From a virus: a stretch of 64,000 bases of DNA. Under the pieces are notes generated by a model, which saw only the letters and a program-made list of their open reading frames with translations, was not told the origin of the DNA and ran no database searches. Location of the stretch: IMG/VR virus record IMGVR_UViG_3300042534_000747; one strand, written 5' to 3'. Below, one piece after another: positions 1 through 10,506 of this stretch. The stretch's first letter is position 1; each line of letters starts with the position of its first letter. The translations under genes and the position numbers were made by a program.

Positions 1-1
1 A

Positions 2-1108
2 GATGATAATGATTGGAAATTATATGATTCTATTAATTTAGAAATTGGAGATGATGAAACACTTGATTATTTTGAAATTCTTGAAATAGCTACAAATGGA
101 GAAAATATAAGAGCTATTTTTGATGATAAGCCTATAATTCTAAGTAAATTTGATAGTGTTTATTCTGAAGATTTAGAATTAAAAGTGCAGTTAGTTAGTT
201 TATTTCCTAAAGAAAGTTTAGATACTACCACTACTGATTATACAAATAGTGATAAGATTGTTAATATATGGGTAGAATTAGAGGATGGTACTACAAAAAA
301 TTTAGTTGAAGGCAAAATATTATCATTTGATTATTCAAAATATGAAGAGAATGAAGATTCATGGTGGATAGTTGAAGATAGTGAATATGATGAACTAACA
401 TTATTTGTTGAAAAAATAAGTGATGCAGATATTAGTTTTGGTATTGATACTGATGAAATTTATGAAGAAAATAAAGATGGTAATACAATTGAATTTACTC
501 TTTTAACCAATGGACTTTATGAATTTACAATAGATTATGAAACTATAGACGATTGGGGTGGAATTACTGATGAACAGCAGACTTTTGGAATTAAAGTGTC
601 TGGTCTGACTGAAGGTACTAAATCATCTGAAGGTTTATCAATTTCAGAAAATTTAATTGTTGGTAATACAATTATCAGTTTTTATAATACTGAAAGTGTT
701 ACTGTTGTCACAAATGAAGATGGTGAATGGACTGAAGATAATTCATATAGTGTGCAAAAAACAGATAATGAAGATGGAACTTATTCATGGGTTTTGAAAT
801 TTGCAAAATCAGGAACATATAATGTTTACTTCACTAGTGTAAATAATGAAATGCAGTTAGTTAAATTTAAAGTCAGTGAAAAAGAAACTGTGAATGTAGA
901 TGATACATCTTCTAGCTCAAAAGTTGTTTCAAGTAATGAAAGTTCATTTACAGATTCAATTAAAGATAAAGGTGTTTTTATAATTGCTTTAATTTGTGTG
1001 TTAGTGATTGGTATACTTTTAATAAATGATTCAAATAAAAAGAAAAAGAACAATTCTGGTGGCTCATTTGGTGGCAATTCAGATGAAGATAACATTATAG
1101 TTAGCTAA
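2..1108 (+). CDS. 5'-partial acidic membrane-anchored surface/structural protein
   Basis: The frame of the 185..1108 ORF is open back to position 2. D/E/T-rich, with a C-terminal hydrophobic helix (VFIIALICVLVIGILLI) followed by KKKK. Confidence 0.7.
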   Translation, partial: DDNDWKLYDSINLEIGDDETLDYFEILEIATNGENIRAIFDDKPIILSKFDSVYSEDLELKVQLVSLFPKESLDTTTTDYTNSDKIVNIWVELEDGTTKNLVEGKILSFDYSKYEENEDSWWIVEDSEYDELTLFVEKISDADISFGIDTDEIYEENKDGNTIEFTLLTNGLYEFTIDYETIDDWGGITDEQQTFGIKVSGLTEGTKSSEGLSISENLIVGNTIISFYNTESVTVVTNEDGEWTEDNSYSVQKTDNEDGTYSWVLKFAKSGTYNVYFTSVNNEMQLVKFKVSEKETVNVDDTSSSSKVVSSNESSFTDSIKDKGVFIIALICVLVIGILLINDSNKKKKNNSGGSFGGNSDEDNIIVS

Positions 1109-1145
1109 TCATCTTTTTTTTAATTTTTTAGTGTGAGGATATACA

Positions 1146-2324
1146 ATGAGTTTAATAAATAAACATACAGATTCTTATCAATTGTTATCAAGAATTTATA
1201 TAATAGATTCAAATTTTAAAGCAAAGTTTATAGGATTTTATGACCCTGAATGTGGTAAAGAATGGAATTTTAAATATTCTAATAGATTATTCCCTTTAAA
1301 AGATGGGAAAGGTGCATATGATGATATATACAAAGGTCAGAATGCAATTGAATTATCATTTATCCATTATCCATTCGGAACTACAAATGTAGGCAAGACT
1401 ATAAAGATAAATGCACATATGCATACTAAATTTTTTGTATCAACTAACAGTATCAAATTAGATGATGTAATGGTTACTGATAATGATGATATATTTTTTT
1501 ATGCTGATATGCATACAAAACCTAAAGCAATAAATGGTGGACAATTTATGCTTTGTGAATTGACTCCACATCTTTCATCTGATGAATTACAGAGGTTGAA
1601 AGAAAATGCAGGTGAAATTGTAAATTATAAAGAAGCAATTATTAAAATTGAAACTGAGAAAAAACAATTAGAAGCAGATTTATTCTTTGAATATTCAAAA
1701 TCATCTGCATTAAATGCAAGTTTGATTTCATATCAACAACATTCTAATGCACTTTTGAAATATCAAAAAGAATTAGTTAATAGAGTAAAATCATTATCAT
1801 TAGCTGAAGCACATTTATTAAATGAAACAATAAAAGACTTTGAAGAAAAGTTTGATATGAATATTGATTGGAATCAAGTAACATCTAATGTTGTTATGGA
1901 TACAGTATCAAAAGGCAATAACTTAGATAAATTTATTAATATGTCTAATGAGTTGGCAAATTCAAATATTTCAGAAGAAATGAAGAATATAATGATAGAA
2001 AAAGTTGTTAATATATGTGGTATTCAAAAAGTTAAAGAAGTTATTCAGCAAATGGAAATGTCAGGTAATAATAGATTAGCACCTACAAATATGACTGCTA
2101 TGAATATGAGATATTTAGAAGATGTTCAAAATGGAAAATTAAGACCTGATGAAGCTCAACAGTATATGAATAATGCATTTAATGATTTACAAAATAGAAC
2201 TATCAAAAATGGTGATATAAATTCAGCATTGCAAGAAGTAAATAATGATAGAGGATTTTCAACTGATAAATTGTCAATTAAAGATTTGATGAACATACAA
2301 AAAAGTTTAAAAAGTAATGCATAA
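1146..2324 (+). CDS. hypothetical protein with central coiled coil
   Basis: 392-aa ORF, co-oriented with its neighbours; no motif recognised. Confidence 0.65.
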   Translation: MSLINKHTDSYQLLSRIYIIDSNFKAKFIGFYDPECGKEWNFKYSNRLFPLKDGKGAYDDIYKGQNAIELSFIHYPFGTTNVGKTIKINAHMHTKFFVSTNSIKLDDVMVTDNDDIFFYADMHTKPKAINGGQFMLCELTPHLSSDELQRLKENAGEIVNYKEAIIKIETEKKQLEADLFFEYSKSSALNASLISYQQHSNALLKYQKELVNRVKSLSLAEAHLLNETIKDFEEKFDMNIDWNQVTSNVVMDTVSKGNNLDKFINMSNELANSNISEEMKNIMIEKVVNICGIQKVKEVIQQMEMSGNNRLAPTNMTAMNMRYLEDVQNGKLRPDEAQQYMNNAFNDLQNRTIKNGDINSALQEVNNDRGFSTDKLSIKDLMNIQKSLKSNA

Positions 2325-2335
2325 TGGTGAATTAA

Positions 2336-3085
2336 ATGATTGAACAAGATGATGATTATGAAATTTCACCAAGAATGGAAAGAGATTTAGATTATAAATC
2401 TCCTAATGATGAACTGGAACTTAAAAAACGTCAGGAAATAGTAAGTAGATTTAACAATGCATCTTTTGATTCAGATGTTAGATTTTTAATAGACACTTGT
2501 AATAATGCAGAATATGGAGAATTCGCTTTTAAGCATAGAATTGGCTTAAATAATGATGATTTCCATAATTTTTTTCAAACTTTGATGGATATTAATGAAC
2601 ATTTAGCAATGTGTCAATCTATTTTAGATAGTTACATTACTTTTAGTAACAGTACTCCAAATTTTCAAAATTTACAAAATGCAATATTCCATTTTTATGA
2701 TTTTATTGCAAAACAATCATCCAGAACATTTTATTTTGTAATGTTAGAAAAATACGGAATTCATTATTTTGAAGCAGGTACTTTTAAGAAACATGTATAT
2801 GGATTATCATTTTTATTGTCAAGATTGAAAGGAACTTTAGCAGTTGCATCATGGTATATTATAGATATTGAATCACAGACCAGACAAAGTAATAGTGGTG
2901 GATTTGATAGATTTGGTGGCAGTGGTGGATTTGATAGATTTGGTGGTAATAACTTTGGTAGTGGTGCATATGGTAACTATGGAAATAGTTATGGAAATTA
3001 TAATCCTGCCTATAATAATATTGGTGTAAATAGAACAACTACAAATATAAAAATTCACCGTGATATCGGTGATGCTAATGATTAA
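2336..3085 (+). CDS. hypothetical protein with Gly/Asn/Tyr-rich low-complexity C-terminus
   Basis: 249 aa; GGTGA-type SD upstream; SGGFDRFGG occurs twice. Confidence 0.7.
   Translation: MIEQDDDYEISPRMERDLDYKSPNDELELKKRQEIVSRFNNASFDSDVRFLIDTCNNAEYGEFAFKHRIGLNNDDFHNFFQTLMDINEHLAMCQSILDSYITFSNSTPNFQNLQNAIFHFYDFIAKQSSRTFYFVMLEKYGIHYFEAGTFKKHVYGLSFLLSRLKGTLAVASWYIIDIESQTRQSNSGGFDRFGGSGGFDRFGGNNFGSGAYGNYGNSYGNYNPAYNNIGVNRTTTNIKIHRDIGDAND
2894..2947 (+). repeat. 27-bp in-frame tandem repeat x2
   Basis: agtggtggatttgatagatttggtgg(c/t) twice. Confidence 0.9.
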
Positions 3086-3096
3086 TAGGTGAAAAA

Positions 3097-4479
3097 ATGG
3101 CAGTAAAAACGTTTAATGCAGGTACTAATAATGCAAATACTCCATTTAGAAATAGAATAATACCAAATGTACAGTATGTTCCTGATTTTAATGATTATGA
3201 ACCTGAACCTATTGTACATGATATTGATGCACCAAGATGTATTAAATTAGGTTATCTTTTAAATTGGGAAACAGGGGATGTAGAATTAGATGAAAATGGT
3301 GAAAATGTCTTTTTCTATTTACCTTTTGACCATGAATCTCATGAAACATCTATTGCTTTTATAGGAGCGAGTGGTTCAGGAAAAACAGTTGGTGCAACAC
3401 GTTTAATTGATGAATTAAGAAGAGATTATGGCAGATGTGTATTTATTTTGGATAGTAAAAATCAGTATATTAATATGAATAATCCTAATCCAGACACTAA
3501 GCATATTGAAATATTAGATGAAGCAGGTGAAGTTCCTGAAGGTGTAGAAAATGTAAAAGTATACTTGCCTAGACACGTAATTAAGAAACAGGGAACTAAA
3601 TTTTGTAAATATAAATATAATTATGATGAAACATGGACTATTAGAACAGGTGATGTTGATGCAACTAGTTTACTTTTATTAGGAAACAAGGATACAAATG
3701 GAAAAGATTATATTAACACACTTGCAGGAATTGTAGATGATTTAAAAGAAGATGAAAGAGAAAATGGAATACCATTTACTATTAATGTTTTAATGGATGC
3801 TTTCAAATCTGAAATAAAACATATGCAAGCTAAAAAAAGAAGTATTGATACTTTAATGGTCATGGTTGATAATCTTCAAAAAGCAGGAATCATAAGTGAT
3901 GATGGTAATTCTGTAATGGAACTATTTCATAAACCAAAAGCAAAATATATTCAATCAAAAGATATGTGGAAAACTACAGGTAAAGGTGATGTTGTAATCT
4001 TTAATACTGCTGCTTCAGGAGCACAGGATATTCAGACTAAAGGTTTAATTACTAATATGATTACATCTATTTGTGATAAATTAAAATTAGAAATAGATAC
4101 TAAATTAAGGATACCATTATATAGACCTATCATAGTCATTGAAGAAGCAAGTCAATATTATGGAAAACATTCTGATGTTAATATGTTACAGGCAATGAAT
4201 AGTATGCAGAATGTTATGGGAAGAACAGCAGGAATATTAAGAATTTATATTTATCAGAATGATAAACAACCTGCTGATGGTTTACTTGATAATGATAATT
4301 TGCAAGTAATTATAAGATTATATCAAAGTATTAAATTACCACCTTCAGATTATTATCCACAGGGAAAGGATGTTTATAAAAAAGGGCTTGCTAGAGTACA
4401 GATTAGGAATGTAACTTTCATGCAAGATGCTGAATGGCTAGTGCAAATACTTCCACCAAAATGTGAGATAGGTTCTTAA
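3097..4479 (+). CDS. HerA/FtsK/VirB4-superfamily P-loop ATPase
   Basis: Walker A GASGSGKT, FILDSK strand, Walker B IVIEEAS; SD aggtga. Confidence 0.75.
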   Translation: MAVKTFNAGTNNANTPFRNRIIPNVQYVPDFNDYEPEPIVHDIDAPRCIKLGYLLNWETGDVELDENGENVFFYLPFDHESHETSIAFIGASGSGKTVGATRLIDELRRDYGRCVFILDSKNQYINMNNPNPDTKHIEILDEAGEVPEGVENVKVYLPRHVIKKQGTKFCKYKYNYDETWTIRTGDVDATSLLLLGNKDTNGKDYINTLAGIVDDLKEDERENGIPFTINVLMDAFKSEIKHMQAKKRSIDTLMVMVDNLQKAGIISDDGNSVMELFHKPKAKYIQSKDMWKTTGKGDVVIFNTAASGAQDIQTKGLITNMITSICDKLKLEIDTKLRIPLYRPIIVIEEASQYYGKHSDVNMLQAMNSMQNVMGRTAGILRIYIYQNDKQPADGLLDNDNLQVIIRLYQSIKLPPSDYYPQGKDVYKKGLARVQIRNVTFMQDAEWLVQILPPKCEIGS

Positions 4480-4690
4480 ATCCTACTCATTTTTATATTG
4501 ACCTAAATATTCCCACAGTCTTTATTCTCACACCAAAAACAAAAGAATATGAGTAACAACTATACATTTCAAATACAAAAGCACCATCACCCCCATGCTA
4601 ATTGACCATTCAACCCTCCACAGAGTGCCGAAGGCTCACCGCCTGACATTAAGGAGTGAGAAAATACCCTTAAAAACGGATAGATAATAC

Positions 4691-5260
4691 ATGAAAAATG
4701 AAGATATTGAAATTTGTAAATGTTGTGGATTAGAAAACGATAATGGGTATAAATTTTGTTTCTATTGTTTCTTCAGAGGTAAAGTAGGAACTGCAAGATT
4801 CATTTTATTTAAATCTATGAAAGAGAATGATAATAAACCAGTTACTTTAGATGAAGCATGGACTTTAGATTGTAAGATGAGGAAGAAATTAGGAAAACAT
4901 ACTGTAAGTAAAAGTGCAGTTGAAAATATCCTACATCGTTACTCAAAACATTATGAAGATTGTAAAGAAAGAAAGTCTGGTTATTTATTATTAAAAGGCA
5001 AGAAGTATAAGAAAATAGGCAAAAAAAAGGTTAGTGGTAGACCTGAAAACACATATAGATTGAGTAAACATTTATCAGATAGACTAATAGAAAATGAAGA
5101 GAGTTGGAGATTGGGATATCCTGTATATAATAGAGAAGGGAGAGAAGGAGTTAAATTTAAAATGACTGAAGAATATACATTGAAGGCTAAAAAAATAGCT
5201 CAGAAAATAAGGGATAATGAGTATGAATTATATGAGTATTTACTTCCAGATTATACTTAA
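4691..5260 (+). CDS. Zn-finger plus winged-helix DNA-binding protein (putative regulator)
   Basis: N-terminal CxxC...CxxC; wing-like GRPENTYRLS; basic. Confidence 0.5.
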   Translation: MKNEDIEICKCCGLENDNGYKFCFYCFFRGKVGTARFILFKSMKENDNKPVTLDEAWTLDCKMRKKLGKHTVSKSAVENILHRYSKHYEDCKERKSGYLLLKGKKYKKIGKKKVSGRPENTYRLSKHLSDRLIENEESWRLGYPVYNREGREGVKFKMTEEYTLKAKKIAQKIRDNEYELYEYLLPDYT

Positions 5261-5517
5261 TAATATATATTATACTAGCAATATATTTATATTTTAGTTT
5301 TTAAATTTAATTAACTGTAAGTTGTTTGATAGTGGATAAATTATATCTTTTTAATTTCACTATTGATATTAAAATAATATATTATGTTGTTTGATTTTTA
5401 TGTTTATTAAAAAAGTGCCTATGTGTTTCTAGGTAGTTTTGATGCTGCTAGTGTAGATGTAAAGGGTTGAAAAGGTACTTCTAACTTTAGTAAAAAATAA
5501 AAACAGTTATTATGAAT

Positions 5518-5808
5518 TTATCTATTTTTATCATTTACTATTTTATTTATTGAAATAATGATTTGATTGTAAATATCTTCAGGATTTGTATTGTGACCAT
5601 ACATTAGTTGGAGAGCAACACAAATTACATCTGCACACTCTTCAAACATATTATTAATATTATACTTGTAAATCTCTTTAGCAACTTCACCAGTTTCTTC
5701 AGAAAGTTTTAAATGTTTATCTGAAAATGTAGAACCATAACCTACTTTTTTAGATTCATGAATCAAATCAATTAGTTTAGTGAATCTTTCAAAATCAAGA
5801 TTATTCAT
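5518..5808 (-). CDS. MazG-like NTP pyrophosphohydrolase
   Basis: KLSEETGEVAKEI...EECADV motif. Confidence 0.8.
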   Translation of the reverse strand: MNNLDFERFTKLIDLIHESKKVGYGSTFSDKHLKLSEETGEVAKEIYKYNINNMFEECADVICVALQLMYGHNTNPEDIYNQIIISINKIVNDKNR

Positions 5809-6323
5809 TTTGATTCTCCATTGATGAAATTAGAAATTTTATTTTTAATTATTTGATAGGCAGATTCATGTTCATCAATAATTACTGTTTGTGTTTCTAA
5901 ATCATTAATGTCATTTTTTAATGAATTTGACAAAGATGAACCTATGAAATTTAATAGTTTTGGATACTTTATATTACAAAATGGTATCTTATATCCATTG
6001 GAACTTAAATTGTTACTTAAATTTAATATTGTAACATCTGTAAAATCAACTGTAGTAATACTAACTTTCATCACAACATGCATGTAATTGTTATTTAATC
6101 CTACAATTTCAATATTATACATTACTTTGAATTCACTATCTAAATATTCATTAACATGTAACAGTTTAATTTTTTCAGATGAAATTTCATTCAATTTATT
6201 AATAAAAAATTCATGAGTTACAAATTCATATAACGAATCTCTACTTTCACTACTTAAATCATTTTTTGTAATTATTGATTCAGCATTTAATGTATATATT
6301 ACATCAATTTTTCCATCATTCAT
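5805..6323 (-). CDS. hypothetical protein
   Basis: 172-aa ORF overlapping the mazG-like start by 4 nt. Confidence 0.6.
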   Translation of the reverse strand: MNDGKIDVIYTLNAESIITKNDLSSESRDSLYEFVTHEFFINKLNEISSEKIKLLHVNEYLDSEFKVMYNIEIVGLNNNYMHVVMKVSITTVDFTDVTILNLSNNLSSNGYKIPFCNIKYPKLLNFIGSSLSNSLKNDINDLETQTVIIDEHESAYQIIKNKISNFINGESK

Positions 6324-6927
6324 AATATCACTCTAAATTTTAACAAAAACCTAAATCATTAGTACTTTGATTAATTGATAAATTATTAATCATTGAATTT
6401 AAATAATTAATTTCAGTTTTTAATTCATCATTTTCACTTTTTAATATTTTAATTTCATTAATTAAATTTTCAATATAATTTGAATCTTCACACATGATAA
6501 TCGCAATACAACTAATGGTTGTTCTATTATATAAAAGTATTTATCAAAATAAACCATATTCCTATAGACTATGGGTACTAATAGCTGTATATATATAGGC
6601 TTTTTTCTAACTTTTAATTTTAAATTTAAGTCATTTTTTTGAGTAATGGACTGTTATTATGACTATTATGTAAAAATCTATTATTTAGACTGTTAACAAT
6701 GTGAAGTGGTATCAGTAAGCATCATTTAAAAAAACATAAGGAAGAGAAAAAAATTATATCATAATAAATAGGTATCAATAAAATCAATAAAAGAGCATCA
6801 GTAGAATTGAAAAATAAAAATTTAAGCCAATTAGGAGAATCAAACTCCTATATATCTTGCAAGGTAGCGTAGACGTACAGCGTTGGTTAATTTATTTGTT
6901 TTGCAAAGATATACAATCGTTATGGCA

Positions 6928-7230
6928 CTATTCTTTATCACCATTTTTTAATAACTCATATGAGTATTTTAAAATTTCTTCACGTTTCAAATCTTCTTCA
7001 GATTTAAAAAAGATTGAAGCATATAAATCAAATATTATAAAAAATACAGCAATTCCATATAAGAAATATGTTGCATTTTGACCAATTGTATTAAACATAA
7101 AATCTTCAATGATATGTTTTTTAACTATCAAATATATGATTATGTCTATAAAGCCAAATATTATAAATGCTGAAATATAGTTGTTTTTAAAATTAATAAA
7201 TGTTTTAACTATTCTTCTTTTTAAATTCAT
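6928..7230 (-). CDS. small membrane protein (2 TM)
   Basis: Two hydrophobic stretches; SD ggtga upstream. Confidence 0.6.
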   Translation of the reverse strand: MNLKRRIVKTFINFKNNYISAFIIFGFIDIIIYLIVKKHIIEDFMFNTIGQNATYFLYGIAVFFIIFDLYASIFFKSEEDLKREEILKYSYELLKNGDKE

Positions 7231-7255
7231 TATATTTCACCATTTATATTATTTA

Positions 7256-7328
7256 TAGTCCTATTCGGATTTGAACCGAAGTTACCAGATTCAAAGTCTA
7301 GTATGATTGACCACTACACTATAGGACT
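7256..7328 (-). tRNA. tRNA-Gln(UUG), no encoded CCA, no intron
   Basis: Reverse complement folds as a cloverleaf: acceptor AGTCCTA/TAGGACT, anticodon arm CTAGA-CTTTGAA-TCTGG, T-arm TTCGG-TTCAAAT-CCGAA; A1-U72 pair. Confidence 0.93.
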
Positions 7329-7636
7329 TCATTGATTCATTATTGAGCAATACATATAATGTGTTTATTATTATATAAGGTTAACTGTTAATTGAAAATT
7401 CATACATCTTAGAATATGTATCAAAATCTTTTATAAATAAATCTTTATCATAAATATAATCTGATGTAATATGCAGATTAATATCATTTGTTACAACATT
7501 ATAATGAATTATACCTTTTTCGATTCTTGAATATATTACCATGTAATCACAATACTATTAATGTACTTGATATTATATAAAATTAACCTATAAGACGAAG
7601 GTATATTTATATAGAAACAGTGTTATTTATATAATT

Positions 7637-7849
7637 ATGCGTACCATTAGTAGTTTTTTCAAAGAACATAATGCAAGAAAAATAATGAGATTTGAAAAAA
7701 TGATATTCATTTATGAAAGATGTAAATATTGTGATTGTTTAACAAATGAAAATAATTGTATTGGTTGGAGTTCTTTAAAAAGAATTAGTGAACCTAGTAA
7801 ATTTACATGTTATAAATGGAATAAATCAATTATAGAAGGTTTAGTATAA
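7637..7849 (+). CDS. small Cys-rich protein
   Basis: CKYC...C...C pattern. Confidence 0.5.
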   Translation: MRTISSFFKEHNARKIMRFEKMIFIYERCKYCDCLTNENNCIGWSSLKRISEPSKFTCYKWNKSIIEGLV

Positions 7850-7972
7850 TGTATGAAAGGAATAGTATTGATAGAATAGTCTATTGTGAATGTGGATTTA
7901 GAGATGAATTAAAAGAATATGAAATAATGGTTTTATGTCCTATGTGTTTTAAAAAATTAAAAGAAGAAAAAA

Positions 7973-8206
7973 TTAAAGCTTATATCCATTAAAAGAATCA
8001 TCAATCATTTCTTGAATTTTAATTTTTTTATCTGTTATAATAGATGTTTGATTTTCAAGTTCATCTATCTTTTTAGAAATTTCACTAATTGCTTCCATTT
8101 CATTTTTTGCAGATGAACGAAATGAAAATGTAAGTCCTAACTGTTTCATAATATTATAATCATTATGATTCTTAGATAATTTTACAAATGCTATATATCC
8201 AGACAT
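7973..8206 (-). CDS. hypothetical protein
   Basis: 77-aa ORF with SD ggagtga. Confidence 0.55.
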   Translation of the reverse strand: MSGYIAFVKLSKNHNDYNIMKQLGLTFSFRSSAKNEMEAISEISKKIDELENQTSIITDKKIKIQEMIDDSFNGYKL

Positions 8207-8234
8207 TTTATCACTCCATTAAATGAAAATTGAG

Positions 8235-8825
8235 TTATTCACTCAACTTTCTATATACTTCAGTTCCATATTCATTAGACATAATTAGATTGTTACTATC
8301 AATTACATTGAAATTTATAACACTTGTAGATTCAGCACGTTTCCATGTTAATATAAGGTCTTTATTTTCATTAAATGTTTCATTATATGTAAAAGTATTA
8401 TTTCCAATTTCTATATATGAAGTTACATTAAAATCATAATTTTGATATACTTCTAATTTTCCACTTGAATTATTATTAAAAGTGATTACCCATGCAACAT
8501 CTTTTGTAAGATATAACCATTTACCTGTAATTACATCACTAATTGAACTAAATCTTTCATCAAATGGATACATATCTTCATCATTAATTACACCATCATT
8601 ATCTATATCTGCTTCAGTTTCATTAATTCCATAAACATTATATTTTACAATGGTAAAATCAGGAGATGTCAAAATTATTTTATCATTAAAAGTAACAAAT
8701 TCATTAAAAGTTGGTTCTTCATCAAATGAAGAATTTGATATATCATCATTTATTTTATCTGTGCATCCAGAAGTTAAAACACACAACATCATTACAATAC
8801 TAAATATAATTGTTTTTATTTTCAA
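8235..8825 (-). CDS. putative lipoprotein with Ca-binding DxDxDG motif and lipocalin-like C-terminus
   Basis: Lipobox LTSGC; DIDNDGVINDEDMYPFD; ITGKW. Confidence 0.55.
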   Translation of the reverse strand: MKIKTIIFSIVMMLCVLTSGCTDKINDDISNSSFDEEPTFNEFVTFNDKIILTSPDFTIVKYNVYGINETEADIDNDGVINDEDMYPFDERFSSISDVITGKWLYLTKDVAWVITFNNNSSGKLEVYQNYDFNVTSYIEIGNNTFTYNETFNENKDLILTWKRAESTSVINFNVIDSNNLIMSNEYGTEVYRKLSE

Positions 8826-9070
8826 ATAATCACCAATTTTTACAATTCAATTGATGTTCTTTATATTATATAAAGTTTTATGTGAAAGTAAAGTTTAAAA
8901 TTAGTATTTTTAGAAAAAATTGTAGGCACATACCTACAATTATTCTAGTGACCAGTGTTGAAAATAGTTATCTGCTTCCAAACCAACAACTATTCGCAAT
9001 TACTATATATTTTTTGGTTTACCTGTTTATAGACTTATTTTTTGTTTAAATTAGTCTTTCATTGAAATTT

Positions 9071-9144
9071 AAATTATGAACACATATTCATAAAATAAAT
9101 CACAATATATAGATATTAAAAAATTATGAACACATATTCACAAA
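9071..9144. repeat. 24-bp direct repeat x2 (period 50) containing a TATGAA-N6-TTCA(T/C)A palindrome
   Basis: aaattatgaacacatattca(t/c)aaa at 9071 and 9121. Confidence 0.8.
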
Positions 9145-9526
9145 TTAATAATATCTAAATTAAATGCATTTTCTTTACATTTAATTAATGCAATACTTTA
9201 CCTTTGCATGTATTTCCATCATTTTTTTATTTTTGTGTAAATGAAAGATTTACTAAGCATAACATATACCATATTATATTTAAGCATTTTGGTTGATTAA
9301 TTTTGGTATTTCCAAAAAAAGCAAAATATTATATATAATGAATGCTATCGTGTACTCTAAGGTAATATTAATGATAATTGATAAAATAATTGCAAATAAA
9401 CAAGATGAAAAATGTGAATATAATGAATGTATTTATTGTACTCAAAATGTTTGTTGTTTTAGTTTAAGGCATTTGGGATGTTTTCACAATGAAAAATGTG
9501 TTCAAAATTTTGTAAATTTATTTTAA

Positions 9527-10492
9527 GTGATAAATATGAATATAATATTTGAAGGAATTCATGGTAGTAGATTATTTGAACTTAATAATGAACTTTCAGA
9601 TACAGATATAAAAGCAATCTATATACCTGAATTATTAGATGTTGTCAATGGAAAATTCAAAAAAACCATTACTTATAATGATAAAGAATTTCATAATGAA
9701 AAAAGTGATTCTAAAACAATTGATAAAGAAGTTATGTCAATTCAATTCTTTATAGAAAAGGCACTAGAAGGACTAATTATACAAGTTGATATGCTATTCA
9801 GTCCTGAAGATAAAACTATTGTTACAAGTGATTTATGGAAGTTTATAGTAGCAAATAAAAATAAGATAGTTTCTAAAACTATGATTCCTGCTTTCAGAGG
9901 TTATGTGTATCAGCAAATTGGCAAATATGCTAAAAGAGTTAAAAAAGTATCACAGGCAGAGGAAATTGTAGATATTCTCAATAAATATAATGATGATACT
10001 GTATTTGAACATATTTTTGAAGAAAATAAAGCATTCTTTGAAGATAATCCTAATATTACATTGGATGTTCATCAAAATATTAGATGCTTTAATTTCATGG
10101 GAAAGATGTATATTTTTACAACTAAAAATTATCATATACTTGATTCATTAAATAAGTATATAGGTAAATATGGTAGTAGAGTTCTTGAACTGAAAAAGAA
10201 TGAAAATGTAGATTGGAAATCAATTAGTCATGCATTCAGAGGTATTTATCAGTTGAAGCGTCTTGCTCTTTATGGAGAATATCAACATCCTATTCCTGAA
10301 AAAGATTATATCCTTCAAATAAAGAATGGTGAACTTGATTATGAGTTATTGATGGATGAGCTGTATGAAGAAATAGAAAATACTCTTATGTTAGCTGAAA
10401 ATTCTACTATGATTCCTGATGAACCAGATTATGAATTTTGGAATAATTTCATATTAGATGTATATGTTAATCAAATAAAAGAAAAATATTGA
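9527..10492 (+). CDS. DNA-pol-beta-fold nucleotidyltransferase (RlaP/Nuc-transf-like)
   Basis: GIHGSRLFELNNELSDTDIKAIYIP (GS...SDxD) and C-terminal KSISHAFR...IKNG helical region typical of the phage family. Confidence 0.8.
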   Translation: MINMNIIFEGIHGSRLFELNNELSDTDIKAIYIPELLDVVNGKFKKTITYNDKEFHNEKSDSKTIDKEVMSIQFFIEKALEGLIIQVDMLFSPEDKTIVTSDLWKFIVANKNKIVSKTMIPAFRGYVYQQIGKYAKRVKKVSQAEEIVDILNKYNDDTVFEHIFEENKAFFEDNPNITLDVHQNIRCFNFMGKMYIFTTKNYHILDSLNKYIGKYGSRVLELKKNENVDWKSISHAFRGIYQLKRLALYGEYQHPIPEKDYILQIKNGELDYELLMDELYEEIENTLMLAENSTMIPDEPDYEFWNNFILDVYVNQIKEKY

Positions 10493-10506
10493 TTAATTTC
10501 AATATT

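Noticed and set aside
4549-4605. His-rich upstream ORF before the wHTH gene
   Set aside because: Only 18 codons before TGA; no support.
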